DNA from: the human T2T-CHM13v2.0 reference genome, Homo sapiens
Length of the DNA: 64,000 nt
Reading direction: 5' to 3' (one strand)
NCBI RefSeq assembly: GCF_009914755.1
Contig: NC_060934.1
A program made the position numbers and the translations under genes. Of this stretch, positions 1 through 13,479 are shown piece after piece. Every line of letters starts with the position of its first letter. Position 1 is the first letter of the stretch. Under the pieces are notes generated by a model, which saw only the letters and a program-made list of their open reading frames with translations, did no database searches and was not told the origin of the DNA.

Positions 1-508
1 GGAGGACCACAGACACAGCTGTGCTAACCCTTTGACAGAGAAATGTACTGATTTTCTCAATAATATGGGAAAATGCATAATTATAGTCACAGAATTATTC
101 CCTCTTGTTTTGTCAATGGCAAAACAAAACTCTTCTATGTATCATCTTCAGCCACATGGTGACACGTAATTCCACTCACATGCCTCTTCATGCGCATATG
201 TGGAACACTCATTTTCCTTCTTAAAAAAGTATACTCAAACATCCTTTGCAACAACTTCCCTGATTCTCTCAGACAGAATTTGCTCCCCACTCCCTCTATA
301 TTCTCATATCACTATGAATGTTTATTGTACATATTATATAATATTATGATTTGTTTTAGGTAGTTGTGTATCCCTCTCCACTTCCCACTGTCCCATGAGT
401 GTGTTGAGTGTGGGAACTGCATCATGAGTGCACAAGTGGGGCACTAAGCCCATGTGCCTGGCTGGAAATACATCACAGGTGAGCCATAGAGTTGAACATG
501 TCCTAGTC

Positions 509-672
509 CCTTGCTATTCAAGTGTTGTACTTGGACCAGAAGCCCCAGAATCACCTGGGAGCCTGTTAAAAATAAAGAATCTAAAACCACCCAAAACCTA
601 CTGAGTCAGAATCTGCATTTTAATAAGATCCACAGGGTATTCATGTGTGCACTTATATTTGAAAAGCATTTC
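509..672. mobile_element. MER5A1-like hAT-Charlie DNA transposon (MITE)
   Basis: Matches remembered MER5A1 core: atcacctgggagcctgtta...acctactgagtcagaatctgcattttaataagatcc; flanked by ctag-containing target sites. Confidence 0.75.
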
Positions 673-867
673 TCTAGCATAAGCTGCAGTCCGGCTTCCC
701 TCATTGAAATGTACTCAATCTTTCCTGACAGGAAATACCTAAAGACATTTTTTCAAACCCCTTTCTCAATTTTTGAAGACAAATAATTTAGTATAGTTTG
801 GTTAAAAAACATAATTTCTTTTTGACCACATATACATATGCTTTTTTAAAAATCTGGATTACTTTAT

Positions 868-1385
868 AATTTTTATTTTTTCATTTTTGTGGGTACATGG
901 TAGGTGTATATATTTATGAGGTACATGAGATATTTTGACACAGGTGTGCAGTGTGAAATAAGCACATCATGGAGAATTAGATATCCATTCCCTCAAACCT
1001 TTATCCTCTTATCCTCTGAGTTACAGATAATCCAATTACACTCTAAGTTATGTTACAATGTACAATTAAGTTATTATTGATGATAGTCATCCTATTATGC
1101 TATCAAATAATAGGTCTTACTCATTCTTTGTAACTACTTTTTGTACCCATACACCCCCTCACCCCCCACTACCATTTCTAGTCGATGGTAACCATTATTC
1201 TACTCTCAATGTCCATGAGTTCAATTGTTTTGATTTTTAGATCCCACAAATTTTGTGCCTGGGATATTTCACTTAACATAATGACCTCCAGTTCCACCCA
1301 TGTTGTTGCAAATGACTGGATCTCATTCTTTTTTTGTGACTGAATACTACTCCATTGTGAATATGTACCACATTTTATCTATTCA
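868..1385 (-). mobile_element. L1MA/L1PB-type LINE-1 3' end fragment
   Basis: T-rich tail then gtgggtacatggtaggtgtatatatttatg...gttccacccatgttgttgcaaatgac, typical antisense L1 3' UTR. Confidence 0.85.
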
Positions 1386-1410
1386 TAAAGAATAAAGAAT
1401 ATCTATTCAA

Positions 1411-1639
1411 GGACTTTGCGACTCTTGGACCTTTGGCCTCAGACTGAAGGCTGCACTGTCAATTTCCCTAATTTTGAGGTTTTGGAACTCAGACTGGCTT
1501 CCTTGCTCCTCAGCGTGCAGACAGCCTATTGTGGGACCTCACCTTGTGATTGTGCGAGTCCATACTCCTTAATAAACTCCCCTTTATATATACATCTATC
1601 ATATTAGTTCTGTCCCTCTAGAGAACCCTTACTAATACA
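1411..1639 (+). mobile_element. MLT2A-type ERVL LTR, 3' half only
   Basis: cagactgaaggctgcactgtc...ttaataaactcccc...gttctgtccctctagagaacccttactaataca (MLT2A 3' terminus ending CA). Confidence 0.85.
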
Positions 1640-1644
1640 GGCAA

Positions 1645-1775
1645 ACACTGTCCTGAGTGCTTTACCTGCATTGGTTCATTTCATTTTACAACAATTTTGA
1701 GAAGCTGGTATTATTATCCCCATTTTATAGAGGAAGCAACTGACATTCAGAAAGGTAAAGTGTTTTTCTCAAGGT
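1645..1775 (-). mobile_element. MIR SINE fragment
   Basis: attatccccattttatagaggaagcaactga, reverse complement of MIR core. Confidence 0.7.
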
Positions 1776-2889
1776 GTTGTGAAAAAATCATCATTTTTAA
1801 TTTTTAAGGCTTACTACATATTATGTTTACACCTGAAATTAATTTATGGAAATAATTTTCTGGAGGATGTAATGATAAGCATCAGCAATGCCTTAATAGG
1901 GGTGTTGTCAATTGACACATTAGGGAAGTCCAATACATGAGGACTGACCTATAATAGAGTCAATTCAGTGCCAATACCAGTTTCTGATGGACTATGAGAT
2001 ATCAATCTTCTTCATCTTTTACTGTCAATACAACAAGTGTTTCAATATGTAACCTTAGCTTCTATGGTGCTTAGTAGAGAGCAGACCAATCAGAAGGCTT
2101 CACAGAGAAGCATCCTGGGCATCTTACAAGGCTGTGCTACAGGTTCTCCTATAGGTGGTCCATGTGAATATTAGATTCCTTCTCTGGGTGAAAGAGTAAC
2201 CACTTAAGCAACAGTTCATGTGCTTTGAAACCTCCTTCACCTCACTGCTGAGAAGATTAAACTCTTACTTTTATTTTAGCATCCAGGAGGAGGTGATCAG
2301 AGACTATCTAGAATGTGACAAGTTCTTGTCAATCACTCTGAGAGCAGGAGGTGAGGAGAGAAAGAACTTTGAATCCTCCTGGAGAACGCTTTATGCCTTT
2401 GAACAGAGACCATTTGAATTTCCAACATCCCAGGACACTATTTAAAAATTATTGTCTTTGTATCTCTCATAACCTATTCCACTGAGTGTCAATTTTGCTA
2501 GTTACCATAAAGTGACTAGACTACCTTCATGACATTCCACCTTAGAGTCACATCATTCAGTTATTTCCTCATGTATGAGGTTAGGGCATTTTTGGTGCTG
2601 TGAATTAAAGCAGGATTACCATACAGCCTTAAAACACACTTCAAGTCAAGCATCGGTCCCCAGCTTCATTGCCTGTTAGAATTCTGTTGTGAAGGAGAGA
2701 AGTGAAACAAAAAAATAAGTTGAGACATCAATGATTTAATCTTTGTTCTGAGAATGAAGAAGCAGTGAAAGCCATCATACTCCACAAAGAAAATCAGAAG
2801 GGACTGAAAGGCAAAAGAGAGGGGTAGTGCAGCAGTAGAGACAGTGCAGCTCTTCCACCGGGCAGGGCAGTGAAACTTGATTTCACCAT

Positions 2890-2995
2890 TTGCTGGCTGG
2901 GTAGCCTGAGGCAAAGTCAGTCTTTGCATCTCAATTTCTCATTTGTCAAACATAAAATACCCTACCTTGATGGGATTTTGCAAAGAGTAAGGAAA
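2890..2995 (+). mobile_element. MIR fragment
   Basis: tgcatctcaatttctcatttgtcaaa...cctaccttgatggg, degenerate MIR core. Confidence 0.5.
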
Positions 2996-3018
2996 AAAGG
3001 AAGAAAAGGTATATAGAC

Positions 3019-3378
3019 TGTATTAGTCTGTTCTCATGCTGCTAATGAAGATATACCCAAGACTGGGTAATTTACAAAGGAAAGAAGTTTAATTGACTCA
3101 CAGTTCCACATGGCCAGCAAGGCCTCACAGTCATGGCGGAAGGCAAAGGAGGAGCATAGTCACATCTTACATGGTGGCAGGCAAGAGAGCATGTGCAGGA
3201 GAACTCCCTTTCATAAAACCATCAGATTTCATGAGACTTATTCACTGTCACAAGAACAAGATGGGAAAAACCCGCCCCCATGATTCAATTACCCCCCATG
3301 GGGTCCCTCCCATGACACATGGGGATTATTACAATTCAAGGTGAGATTTGGGTGGGGACACAGAGCCAAACCATATCA
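3019..3378 (-). mobile_element. THE1 (THE1C-like) MaLR solo LTR
   Basis: tgtattagtctgttctc...gagccaaaccatatca termini; perfect 5-bp TSD TAGAC (3014-3018/3379-3383). Confidence 0.95.
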
Positions 3379-3429
3379 TAGACCATGGGCACTCAACATT
3401 ATAAACTAAATTTGTAAAAAGCATTAAAT

Positions 3430-3870
3430 CTTCTTAGTTAAGATTCTCTGAAAACATGCTCTGGAATAGAGCTTTTCCTAAAGGAGATTTTTGGTGAGTA
3501 CATTCAGAATCATCCTATGCAAGGTAATGAAGGAAGTGGCATTGGAAGAGGAAGAAGTTGAACTGTGATGAAGATTCAATACAAGGCTCAGCTGACACCA
3601 TGGGAATCTCTGGAGTCTTGATAATCTATCAGAATTGTTTAAATTGAGGAAAGGGAACTCAATTTGTTCCTTGATACCAACCTATCTTTGGATGAATGCT
3701 ATCCTTGGGAAGAATCATAACCCTGGGCAGGACAGCTCCCTTCAGCAGAGAGTGATGCTAGAGACAGACTCAGATGTGAGTCCCAGCAGTTAACATTTCT
3801 GGTAGATTGGGGAATGAATGGCTCTGTCCTGAAACAGTAATCTGGCCAGGGCACTATATTATCCACTACT
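3430..3870 (-). mobile_element. LTR16A-like ERVL LTR
   Basis: gaagttgaactgtgatg...ggctcagctgacaccatggg...ggggaatgaatg...atccactac resembles remembered LTR16A. Confidence 0.65.
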
Positions 3871-4094
3871 GATGCAAATGCCACATAGGCAGAATTCTGA
3901 CTCCAGGCCATTGGGAAAACCCATATTGATGCTAAATCCAATGAGACATACCAATGTGTGCCTTTGTGTTTCCAAACACAACCTCAGGACTGGACTCTCC
4001 CCTAATTCTATCTTAAGGTCAGCACAATGCAGAATATCAACTGTATGACCCTTTGTGTACCCTAAAGTGAAAGGTCTAGGTGTGCAAAAATTGG

Positions 4095-4180
4095 ATCAGT
4101 TCTGTCACTAATAGATTCTCAATACCTATCACAGAGCCTGCACATAATAGTGGTTCAAAAGTTGTTGAATAAATGAGTAT
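4095..4180 (+). mobile_element. L2 3' tail fragment
   Basis: cacagagcctgcacataatag...gttgttgaataaatga. Confidence 0.55.
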
Positions 4181-5139
4181 ACATAATGAGCTGGATTGAC
4201 TCTGAAGACAGACACAGAAGAAACATCAGAAAAGGAAACATGGAGGCCTTTCTTCACCAAATATAGATTCTGGTAAGTCACTCAAGTTAATTCAGAGTCT
4301 ACTATACATGTTTCAAAAAAAGCAAAGACTTAATGATAAAGAATGATGAATAATCCCAGGAAAATAATGTACATCTGAAACTTAGTCTTTTTATATCCGA
4401 TAATGAGTGTAGCCACAAAGATGTTTTCTATAATAGTCATTAAAGCTCTCCAGGTTTGAAGCAAAAGAAAGTCAGAAAACCATTTCCCATAATGACAGCC
4501 ACCAATTTTCTCACAATCATAAAGGAGATGCAGAATTAGCTCCATAATATCTGCTATTTAAAAATGTCAGCCTAGTATTACTAAGGAAACACAACCCAGG
4601 CACAAGACCCAGCTTCTCACACAACGCATTTCATGGATATGCTGACTTGGCTAACGCTTCTGCGATTGTACCAAAGGTTGAGGTGACATCTGACTACAGC
4701 TTGAGAGAAAATAAATTTATGTGGCCAAAAATGACATGTAGCCTTCCCTGTGAAATGTAGTTTTTCAAATTTCTACTTTTAACGTGATTTACATCACAGA
4801 AAACACTGAGAGCCAGTCAGCACTTTCATGCCTTTGATTTTGGGGTAATTATTTTTAGGCTGAAAGATTTTTACTGTCTATTACTTTTGCCCATAAGCAT
4901 ATCAAGTTTTTTTTTCTATTCTCTCTGTTTAAAAGATGGAAATAGAAATTTCTCAAAAAAGTCTTTTCAGAAGCAAAACATTGCCAAAACTCTCATCAGA
5001 AGAGGGAGTGTTTTGCTATTGCAGCCTAGGGAGCATTCTAAAATCTGACAGAGCCTGGCTTGGTGTCTGGGGCGGGCAGAGTCACATGAATGCCTAAGTT
5101 CTAATTCACCTTCCAAGGTGCTGGCTGGGAACTCTCACA

Positions 5140-5350
5140 AAGACTGCTGCTATAGCTCCCAACTCATCTCCCTGCTTCCCTTCCCTCTTGGTCCTCTTTA
5201 ATCCACCCTCCACAGTCAGTCAGTGTGAGTTCATTCAGCAAAATCAGACTTTGTCACTCCTCGGCCTGAACTGTTTCAATGCCTTTCCTGACTCTTAAAA
5301 TAAAAATAAAAGCTCAATGCCATGTCCTTTGTAGTACTTATGATCTGACT
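5140..5350 (+). mobile_element. L2 fragment
   Basis: aatccaccctccacag...aaaatcagactttgtcactcctc...tatgatctgactcc. Confidence 0.6.
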
Positions 5351-7199
5351 CCAACTCTTTGACCAGGATAACCTTATGAAAGGTTTGAGAGAGAACAATT
5401 ATAGGCGAGTGAAGTTGATATTTTTCTACATGATAAGCGTCTAAGAAATGTACCCTGGAAAGTGACCAGCAGACCTCTAGGCACTACCTCTCTCATCTCC
5501 CATGAACTACTCCTCTCTGAGCCCACAGGCCCTAGCTCCATATCTTAAATAGTCCTAATGTGTGGTTGTTTGCTTTTTTACTAAACTTTTCTTTGGCACT
5601 GGACTTAGAACAGAGACAATAGAGCTGAAGTGGAATTCAGACCTGACACTTGGCAAAAGTACGATGTTCACTCTGATGATTCTTGCATTTGACACCTTTG
5701 TAGCTTTTAATTTAATATAAAAAACTGACCCCTACACCAACATTCTAAACCATCCATCCCAGTTAGAGGCACATATTACCATGCAAGAGAAAGTTCTATT
5801 AAGAGCCTCTTGTGTTTAAGCAATGAACTTCGTATGGAGAGAACTGATTATTTACTTTCAGTTCCACAGCTCGGTTGCCCTTAGCTTTTTCATGTATAAG
5901 TGTCTATTTCCACTGCTGAGGCTCCAATATGTTTTGGTGTGTTTGGTGAGTAGGTGGGACCAGCCACCGTTTTACTCCCCATCTAATTCCTATGGTAATT
6001 GACAGAGCAAAAATCTTAGAAAACCTTCAGGGTTATTGTGCTGACATTAAGAACATGCAGAGAAGGAATCTGTGATAACTTCTAGAGTTTCATGGGATAT
6101 TCAGGAAAGAGAAGACCCTGGTTAAAAACAGCAAGCAGTGTCAATGAAAGTCGAAGAGGTGGAGCTGCTACTCAGAATCTTCGCCATAAAGGAAAAGATT
6201 ATCTGCAAAGATGAAGCCCAGAGACCAAGAACACTGATCTCCGAGAGCCTCACTGATCCCTGTGGAAGGCTTCTTTCTTCCTTATTTACTCAATAAATAT
6301 TTCATTAATGGTCAAGTTTATTGATTTATTCAACTATAGCACACAAGGTACCCTGTGTTGTGTAGAAATATTTATGATTACTTAATGATACATAACCCAC
6401 TATTGATTATTAACATATAATAACTTGAACTTCTCTTCTGACAGCTGTGAGAACAAGCTACTTATCAATCAACCAAAATTTTTAACACTGACATAGTGAG
6501 ATGAACCCTATCATTTTCATCAGATTTATTGGATGACAGCATCATTGCCAGGTCTCACAATGAAATGCAATCTGGAATAATGTGAAGGTATTAAATTTAT
6601 ATTTGGGTTATTAACTGTAGCTATGAAATAAGAAATGATAAAGATAGTGACTTCAAAAGTTTTAGAAATACGTATTGGAGGAACCTATCATCTGAGAGGA
6701 ACTCCTTCTCACATGTCTTTCATGTGTTTTCAGAATAATAAAGATTTAGAAGTTATTTTCTAAAAAAACTAAGAAATATTTTTTAAAATTAAACCAAAAA
6801 AATTCTCAGAGATACATAAGGAGTGTTATCAAATAAGCAAGGAGTGTGGAAAGTTCTTATACAGTTTTCCAGCAAAAGTGAGAAATTGATAGCACTTCCA
6901 TGAAGAAAAGAAATTCCAAACTTATACTATAAATGAAAACTCACACTATAGTCTGTGTTTGGAATGTTTTATTTGGAGAAAAAAGTGAGTCACTCAGCAA
7001 AATCTCAGAAGCAAAAGAGTTTTAGAATCATAGCCTTCAGCAATGGGATTCATCACAAGTCTCTCTGTCTGCAGGATGTAATCCCTTCTTGAATTTAAAA
7101 TGGTGTGCCTCCTAAAAAGGCTCCCTGGGGGAGTTCTGAAGTACTTTAGGGGAAAGTACCAATGAAATTATCATTGATTCTATTTACACTGCTACAGCA

Positions 7200-7450
7200 C
7201 ATTTAGAACTAGGCTTTTGACTGCAGTACTATTTTTCCTTCCTCAATACTCACTAAGAGTTTGAAGACTTGGGCAACCTATTTAACCTGTTTCTTTTCCA
7301 TGTCTATGAAACTGGTTAATAACACTATTTGGTAGAGTGGTTTTGAAGATTAAATAAGTAAATAAAATTAAACCCTTAAAGTAGAGACAGTTTAAAAGAG
7401 AGTTTTTAGTGATAGCTGTCACATTAACATCATCATTACCATCATTTACC
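7200..7450 (+). mobile_element. MIR fragment
   Basis: gacttgggcaacctatttaacct...gttttgaagattaaataag. Confidence 0.55.
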
Positions 7451-7837
7451 AACAACTATGGGTTCTGAGCTACTTAGGGTTGACTTTATGGTAAAGGAAC
7501 CCTTCATACTTCAAGAAAGCAGCATCAACTCTGTCTCACAAATATTTCATGATGTATGCTTTCATGATGTATGCTTTAACTGTGTATGCTAAATGTTCTG
7601 AGTAAACAAAACTGTCTCCACTACTTTGATGACATATGGTTGGACAAAGGCCTGGTTGTAAGCTGAAGGCAATTATACCTTGGCCAAATATGAAGAAGGC
7701 AAACCATCTCTGAGGTGGCATATATACAATTCTTCCAAACAAGAGTAATCCAAATCAGATGGGCACAGGAACCCCACTTGAAATATCTCTTTTTAAAATG
7801 TAAGCATGGAGAAATTGGCAATGAGCACAATGATCAC

Positions 7838-8233
7838 TGTCTTAGTCCATTTTCTGCTGCTATAATTGAAACTGGATAATTTATAAAAAAATAGAAATTT
7901 ATTTCTCAAGATTCTGGAGGATGGGAAGTCCAAGATCAAGGCACCAGCAGGTTTTGATGTCTAGTAAGAGCTCAATCTCTGCTTCCAAAATATTAGACCG
8001 TACCTTGAACACAATGTCCTCTGGAGGGGAAGAACTGTTCGTCTCTTGGCAGAAGAGTGCAGGGAGCAAATCCACTCCCACAAGCCCTTTTTATAGTAGC
8101 ATTGATTCATTCATCAAGGAAACACCCTCATAAGCTAAACACCTCCCATTAAGCTTCATTTTCCAATACCATTGCATTGGGGATTTAGTTTCAACCTAAG
8201 TTTTAGAATGGATAAAACATTCAAACCATAGCA
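7838..8233 (-). mobile_element. MST (MSTC-like) MaLR solo LTR
   Basis: tgtcttagtccatttt...cattcaaaccatagca termini; TSD ATCAC/GTCAC. Confidence 0.85.
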
Positions 8234-8434
8234 GTCACTAAACTTAAGTATAAACCAAATGAACCTATGCAATTTTTGTAGTTCTACTTGAGAACCTAGA
8301 AATCTCAGTCTTGGTGCTGATAGACAATGCTCTTGAAGAAACGACACCTTTTGCTGTCCTGTAGTGTGTTGTATTTGTATATACATACTATAGCACATAC
8401 TATAGGGTATACACACACTATAGACACTACATAT

Positions 8435-8569
8435 ATTCTCCTTAACTTGCAGATGGCCATTTTCTCACTGTGTCCTAACATGATTTTCCTCTGTGCACTC
8501 AGGTCCCTCATGTCCCTGTGTGTCTAAATTTCTTCTTGTAAGGACACCAGTCCAATGGGATTAGAGCCC
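8435..8569 (-). mobile_element. MLT1A/B-like MaLR LTR fragment, interrupted by MLT2
   Basis: ttgcagatggccattttctcactgtgtcct...taaggacaccagtccaatgggattagagccc. Confidence 0.65.
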
Positions 8570-8995
8570 TGTGATGGTTAGATTTATGTGTGAAGTTGGC
8601 TGGGCCACAGAACCCAGATGTTTGGACAAACATTTTTCTGAATGTTCCTTTGAGGGTGCTTTTGAAAGAGATTTACACTTAAATCAATAGGTTTGGGGTA
8701 AAGCATATTGCCCTCCATAATGTGTGTGGGCCTCATCCCATCCATTGAAAGCCTGAAGAGAAGAAAAGGCTGGCCTTGCTCAAGAAACAGGGAATTCAGC
8801 CATCAGATCAATTCAGACTTCATCAGCAACATCACCACCAGCAGTCTGCCTTTGAACTTGAACTGCACCTCTTTCCTGAGTCTCTAGCCTGTGAGCTTCC
8901 TCCATGAGATTTTGTACTTGCCAGGCCTCCCTTCACCATTCCATGAGCCAATTATGTAATAACCACCCCCACCCCCCACCACCACACACACACAC
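8570..8995 (+). mobile_element. MLT2 (B/C/D-type) ERVL LTR
   Basis: Starts tgtgatggttagatttatgtgt; ccctccataatgtgtgtgggcctcatcc; catgagccaatt. Confidence 0.8.
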
Positions 8996-9179
8996 ATTGA
9001 ATAGGTGCACATTTCAGGCTGGAAATAAACTGGGGAAAATGTAGCCCAGGAACGACTGGCAGCCAACTGTGGCCCAGAGGAAAAGCCTGACCAATAATGA
9101 AATTAATTAATAAATGATGTTAATATTATTAAACTGAGCAACAGTGTGGAAAAGGCGGCATTTTTTAAGCCCTCATGAC

Positions 9180-9312
9180 CAGCTATTCTTGGGCCTGCTG
9201 GCAAAGAGTGTAATTCAGTGAGTCTGGGGAGAAGCCTCGTAAATTAAATTTTAAGAAGCACTCAGATACTCACTATAAAGTTGTTATATAGAGCACACTT
9301 TGAAACACAATG
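9180..9312. mobile_element. MER5-like DNA transposon fragment
   Basis: aattcagtgagtctgggg...cacactttgaaacac. Confidence 0.45.
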
Positions 9313-10176
9313 ACTTGTCTCTCTGACTTCACTCTGGACTCAAATTCTCTCCTAATCTGGCTCTTCTGCCAACTAAAGGCCAAATAACCCCATCTGGTTA
9401 CCTTAGCTCAGTGAATCTCGGCGCGTGGCCTTTTAAGCTGGAAGTTCTCCCACACCAACTTACATTAACTTACACAGACATGCATACAAATTTGAGCCTC
9501 TACTTCTTCAATAGTTATGTTTTTTAAATGCTGGATTCTATTTATTTATTTATTTATTTACCTGCAGGAAAGGCTGATTCTCACCCCTAACACAGGGTTT
9601 GCACACAGAAGGGCATTATTGAATAAGTGTGTGACCTTTTGCGATAATACCAGCAATGTTATTTCTTTGGTTATCCCTCTGCAGTTATCATTTTCCCTGT
9701 TTCTATGATTGTTATGAGACCCAAGTAAATAATTTTAATTTCATGACTGTCAGCTTGGAAAGCTGTTGAAGAAGGATTTTTTTTTTTTCATCTAATGCAG
9801 CTAAGTTACTGATAGGGTCTTAGAATTGGGGTTCCTTCAGACACTAAATTTTCTGAGATTATCTTTGTTCATGGTGATCAGAGAAACACATATACATGTT
9901 TATACTCAGAAAGAATATAAAGCAACAAATATACAATTTTTTAACAATGTAAATAAATTTGTTTCTTTTGAAGAAAAATGACTGGAGGAGATATCCTCGA
10001 TCTCTTCACTGATAATGAATTGGGGCAGTAAGTAACAGCTAGGGAAATAGTCACTGTGGCAGAAATAGCACAGCAGCAAAATTAATGTGGTGATGTAACT
10101 ATGTTTTTCAAATAGCCCCTATTCTGTTGTTGTACCTGTTCGTGAGTTACAGGAACCCCACCTATTTCCATTTTCT

Positions 10177-10489
10177 TTGTTTTTGTTTTTCTTTTATTTT
10201 TCTTGTGAAACAGGGTCCCTCTCTGTTACCCAGGCTGGAGTGCAGTGCTGTGGTCATAGCTCACTGCAGCTTTGACCTCCTGAACTCGAGGGATCCTCTT
10301 GCCTCAGACTTTCTAATAGCTTGAACTACCAACAACTTACCCAGCTTTTTTTTCTTTTCTTAATTTTTGTTAGAGACAGAGGTCCTGTTATGTTGCTCAG
10401 GTTTGTCTTGAAATCCTGACCTCAAGTGATCCTCCCTCCTCAGACTCCCAAATTGCTGGGATTACAGGAATAAGCCACCATGCTCAGCC
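10177..10489 (-). mobile_element. AluJ
   Basis: Diverged dimeric Alu with J-type catagctcactgcagc; TSD TCCATTTTCT (10167-10176/10490-10499). Confidence 0.92.
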
Positions 10490-11801
10490 TCCATTTTCTC
10501 ATATTAGCAAAGATTCTGGAAAATATTACAAATCATTCAGGGAAGAAAAAAGAAATGAAGATTGGCATTTTCTAAGACTAGCTGTAGATGCCTGCAAATC
10601 TCCTATTTTCCTGAGGTTAAACCTTTCTGTCTTTTTCTGTTGCAATTTAAACTTGAACAAATATTTATAGGTAAATTAAATTATTGGTCTCACATTTCTC
10701 AACAAAGAGATTTTTGTCTTCCCTCTATCAAAGTATTTTGCAATAATGATTTTTTCATTTTCACCTTTTAAAGCCACACAATCTGTATTGTTAATATACT
10801 TCAAGAAGACGTTGTCAATATGTGCACTGAAGGAATATAAAGAAAAATCTCACCTTGGCCAGCCAATCTGTAGAGTGTATGGGGATGTGCAGTGCTGTTA
10901 ATTCCTCTGAGCTCTATCTGTGGGAATGATGAATTCTAGCCATTATGGAGGACTGTGAGGTTAAACTAATTAGGTTCTTCTATTACACTGCAGTATTCTG
11001 GAAATGGTAGCCATTTTTCCTTTAAATGTCATCATTTCTGGATCTAGTTAGCAGCTGATAAAATTAAAGAGGAGATCATGTAAATTTAACAATACAAATA
11101 ACACTTCCCTTCATGTATATTGAAAAATGCATGAAGAGAAGGATCAGCCAAGTTGTACCTGCCCACAATGAACAAAGGATATAATATAATTCATATTTTA
11201 AAAGAATAAAGTAGAACCAGCCAGTGTGCACTTGGATTCTTCAGTAAGTTCTTGAATCCATACTGTTCTTAGTAACATTAATATATGTAGTTACAAACTG
11301 TTGCCAATAAGAAAGAAAATATCCTCTGCTGTGTGGCCTTCTAAACACTTTTTAAAGAATTATGCCCTTTTTTTCATTTGGAATTATAATTTTGATTGTC
11401 TGCGATATCTTAGAATCTCCAATGGATCATAAGCATACACATTTAATTCCTTAAACTAATCACCTGAGTTGAAAAACAATGTCACATTAGCAGACCCAAT
11501 AACATCTCTTATCTTGTGAAAAAAGAGCACATATAGGCATAAAAATAACATCAATTATGATATTTATTCTGCTGCTGCAGAAACAGAACAAAGAGACTGG
11601 TAGGCTAATGAATCCGTATAGTATTAAAAACAGATGTGTTCCTATTGCATTAGAGAGTAAGAATGCACTATTAATAGGTGACAAACTGCACATTCTAATA
11701 AAAATAGTACAATTTTTTAAAAAAGTTTAAACCTTTCAAGGGGTATTTTATTACGCTTATAGTTAATAAAATTTTTTTACTGCAAAAAAAGACCAACAAT
11801 A

Positions 11802-11886
11802 TCTTGAACTCCAGGGCTCAAGCTATCCGCCTACCTGAGCCTCCCAAAATGCTGGGATTACAGGTGTGAGCCACCGCACCCAGGCT
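11802..11886 (-). mobile_element. Alu left-monomer fragment
   Basis: tcttgaactcc...ctgggattacaggtgtgagccaccgcacccag. Confidence 0.85.
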
Positions 11887-12960
11887 GCCTTATATATATT
11901 GTAATAGCCTTTGGCCAAGGGTAACACAACCTGATGTACCAATATTAATTTCAAAAAATGAGTAGAGAGTAATATGTCATGAAGAAAAAACAGGGCATTA
12001 AAGTAAATAAAGATAAAGCAGCCAAAAGAATGGCAGATATAGTCTTGAGCTTAGAAAGTAGATGGGAAATACAGATGAGACATTCCCTAAACCCAGTGAG
12101 TTCTCAGACGTGGATAAAATGAGGAAGTAGGAGACAGAGAGTAAATGAGAGGCAGAGCTACTTGGGAGCAATGTCTATTGTCCACAAGATTTGAAGAACT
12201 TTTAATATAGAGGAATGTAGGTTCAAAATTCTGAGTTTATCTACCTACTCCCCCACCACCACCAGAATTTTATCCCAACTTCCACCTCTCACACGATAAA
12301 TTTGGAGCAGGGAGTAATTTTCAGCCTGGGAAATACTTTCATTTAATAACTAATTATATTAATGACAACATTTTATCTAATGAATCCTTTTGATCCTAAG
12401 ACTCTCCTCAATTTGTCCAAGAAGACCATTCTCCCAAGATTTCAAGAGTCATTGGATGGTTTGATCATTACTGCAGGGAAGATTTACTCAAACTGTTGTG
12501 AGGGAAGGTTTCTAGTGGGAAGCCAACCCCTCCTCAGGTTTCTCTGTCCCTTACACCACTCAGCTACAAAAATACTCTCAAACATAAATTTAGATCTAGA
12601 AAAAATATATTGTGGAAATGGAAATTATGCACATAATCATAAAAGTTTGAATTTTATTGAGTCTTCTTCCTCTATCCATTCTGGGTATCCTGAGAATATG
12701 TGCTAAAAGGTTTCCCCCCACCTGCCCACATGAAGGAATGTATACACATTATTGTTGATCTTAGGTACTTAGTACAAAAATACATTTCTTTCTGAGGGAA
12801 TGATTGAATGAATGAAATGAGAGCAACTGGGAGGCCAAATCAACACGTGGAAATAATCGTTACTGTTGCTTTATCAGCTGTGTTCAATTATCACTTAATA
12901 ATGACTTTCATTAAAATTGGCTCATTTATGGCCAAGTTTAGAATTAGAGCAAAGCATAGT

Positions 12961-13416
12961 TGTCTTAGTTCAGATTCCCCAGGAAGCAGGCAGAGAGACA
13001 GTATTTCTGTGGAATTTATTAAGGGAGTATTCCCAAAAGAAACCAGCAAGAGAGCAAAAGAAGCAGGAAAGATGAGAGGAAGAAGCCAAGCAGGGTGCAG
13101 TTTTAGACATCACACTAGACTTCAGCTGAGGCTGCAGGAGGCTGTGGAGCACACTTAAACGTTACAGGGCCTGTAAGGCAAGGGAGCTAGCTGGGCTTTC
13201 ATAGTCCTTTGCAAGTGCCTGGCAACTCTCCAACTGAAATTGAACTCCCAGGCATTTCTGGCTCCTGGCATGTCTGATCAAAGTGTTCCAGAGGCCCCAG
13301 GGTGGTCCTCTAAACAGGTTGCAGGTGTGAGCCCTTAGGAGGCACTAACAGACAGGCAGGCTTTACCCACGGAACTGGTAACAGAGATCTGAGGGATGAC
13401 AACAGCATTTGCTACA
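12961..13416 (-). mobile_element. LTR16C-like ERVL LTR
   Basis: tgtcttagttcagattccccaggaagcag start, acagcatttgctaca end, TG...CA termini. Confidence 0.65.
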
Positions 13417-13479
13417 ATATTTAAAACCACTGGGGAAACCTGAAAGCACTTATTATATCATCAAACAGAACTGAACTTA

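Noticed and set aside
2265-2445. Acceptor-like ttttattttag followed by a short open frame (similar acceptor-like sites near 9567 and 58530)
   Set aside because: Such motifs are common in AT-rich DNA; no paired donor or recognisable peptide, so no exon called.
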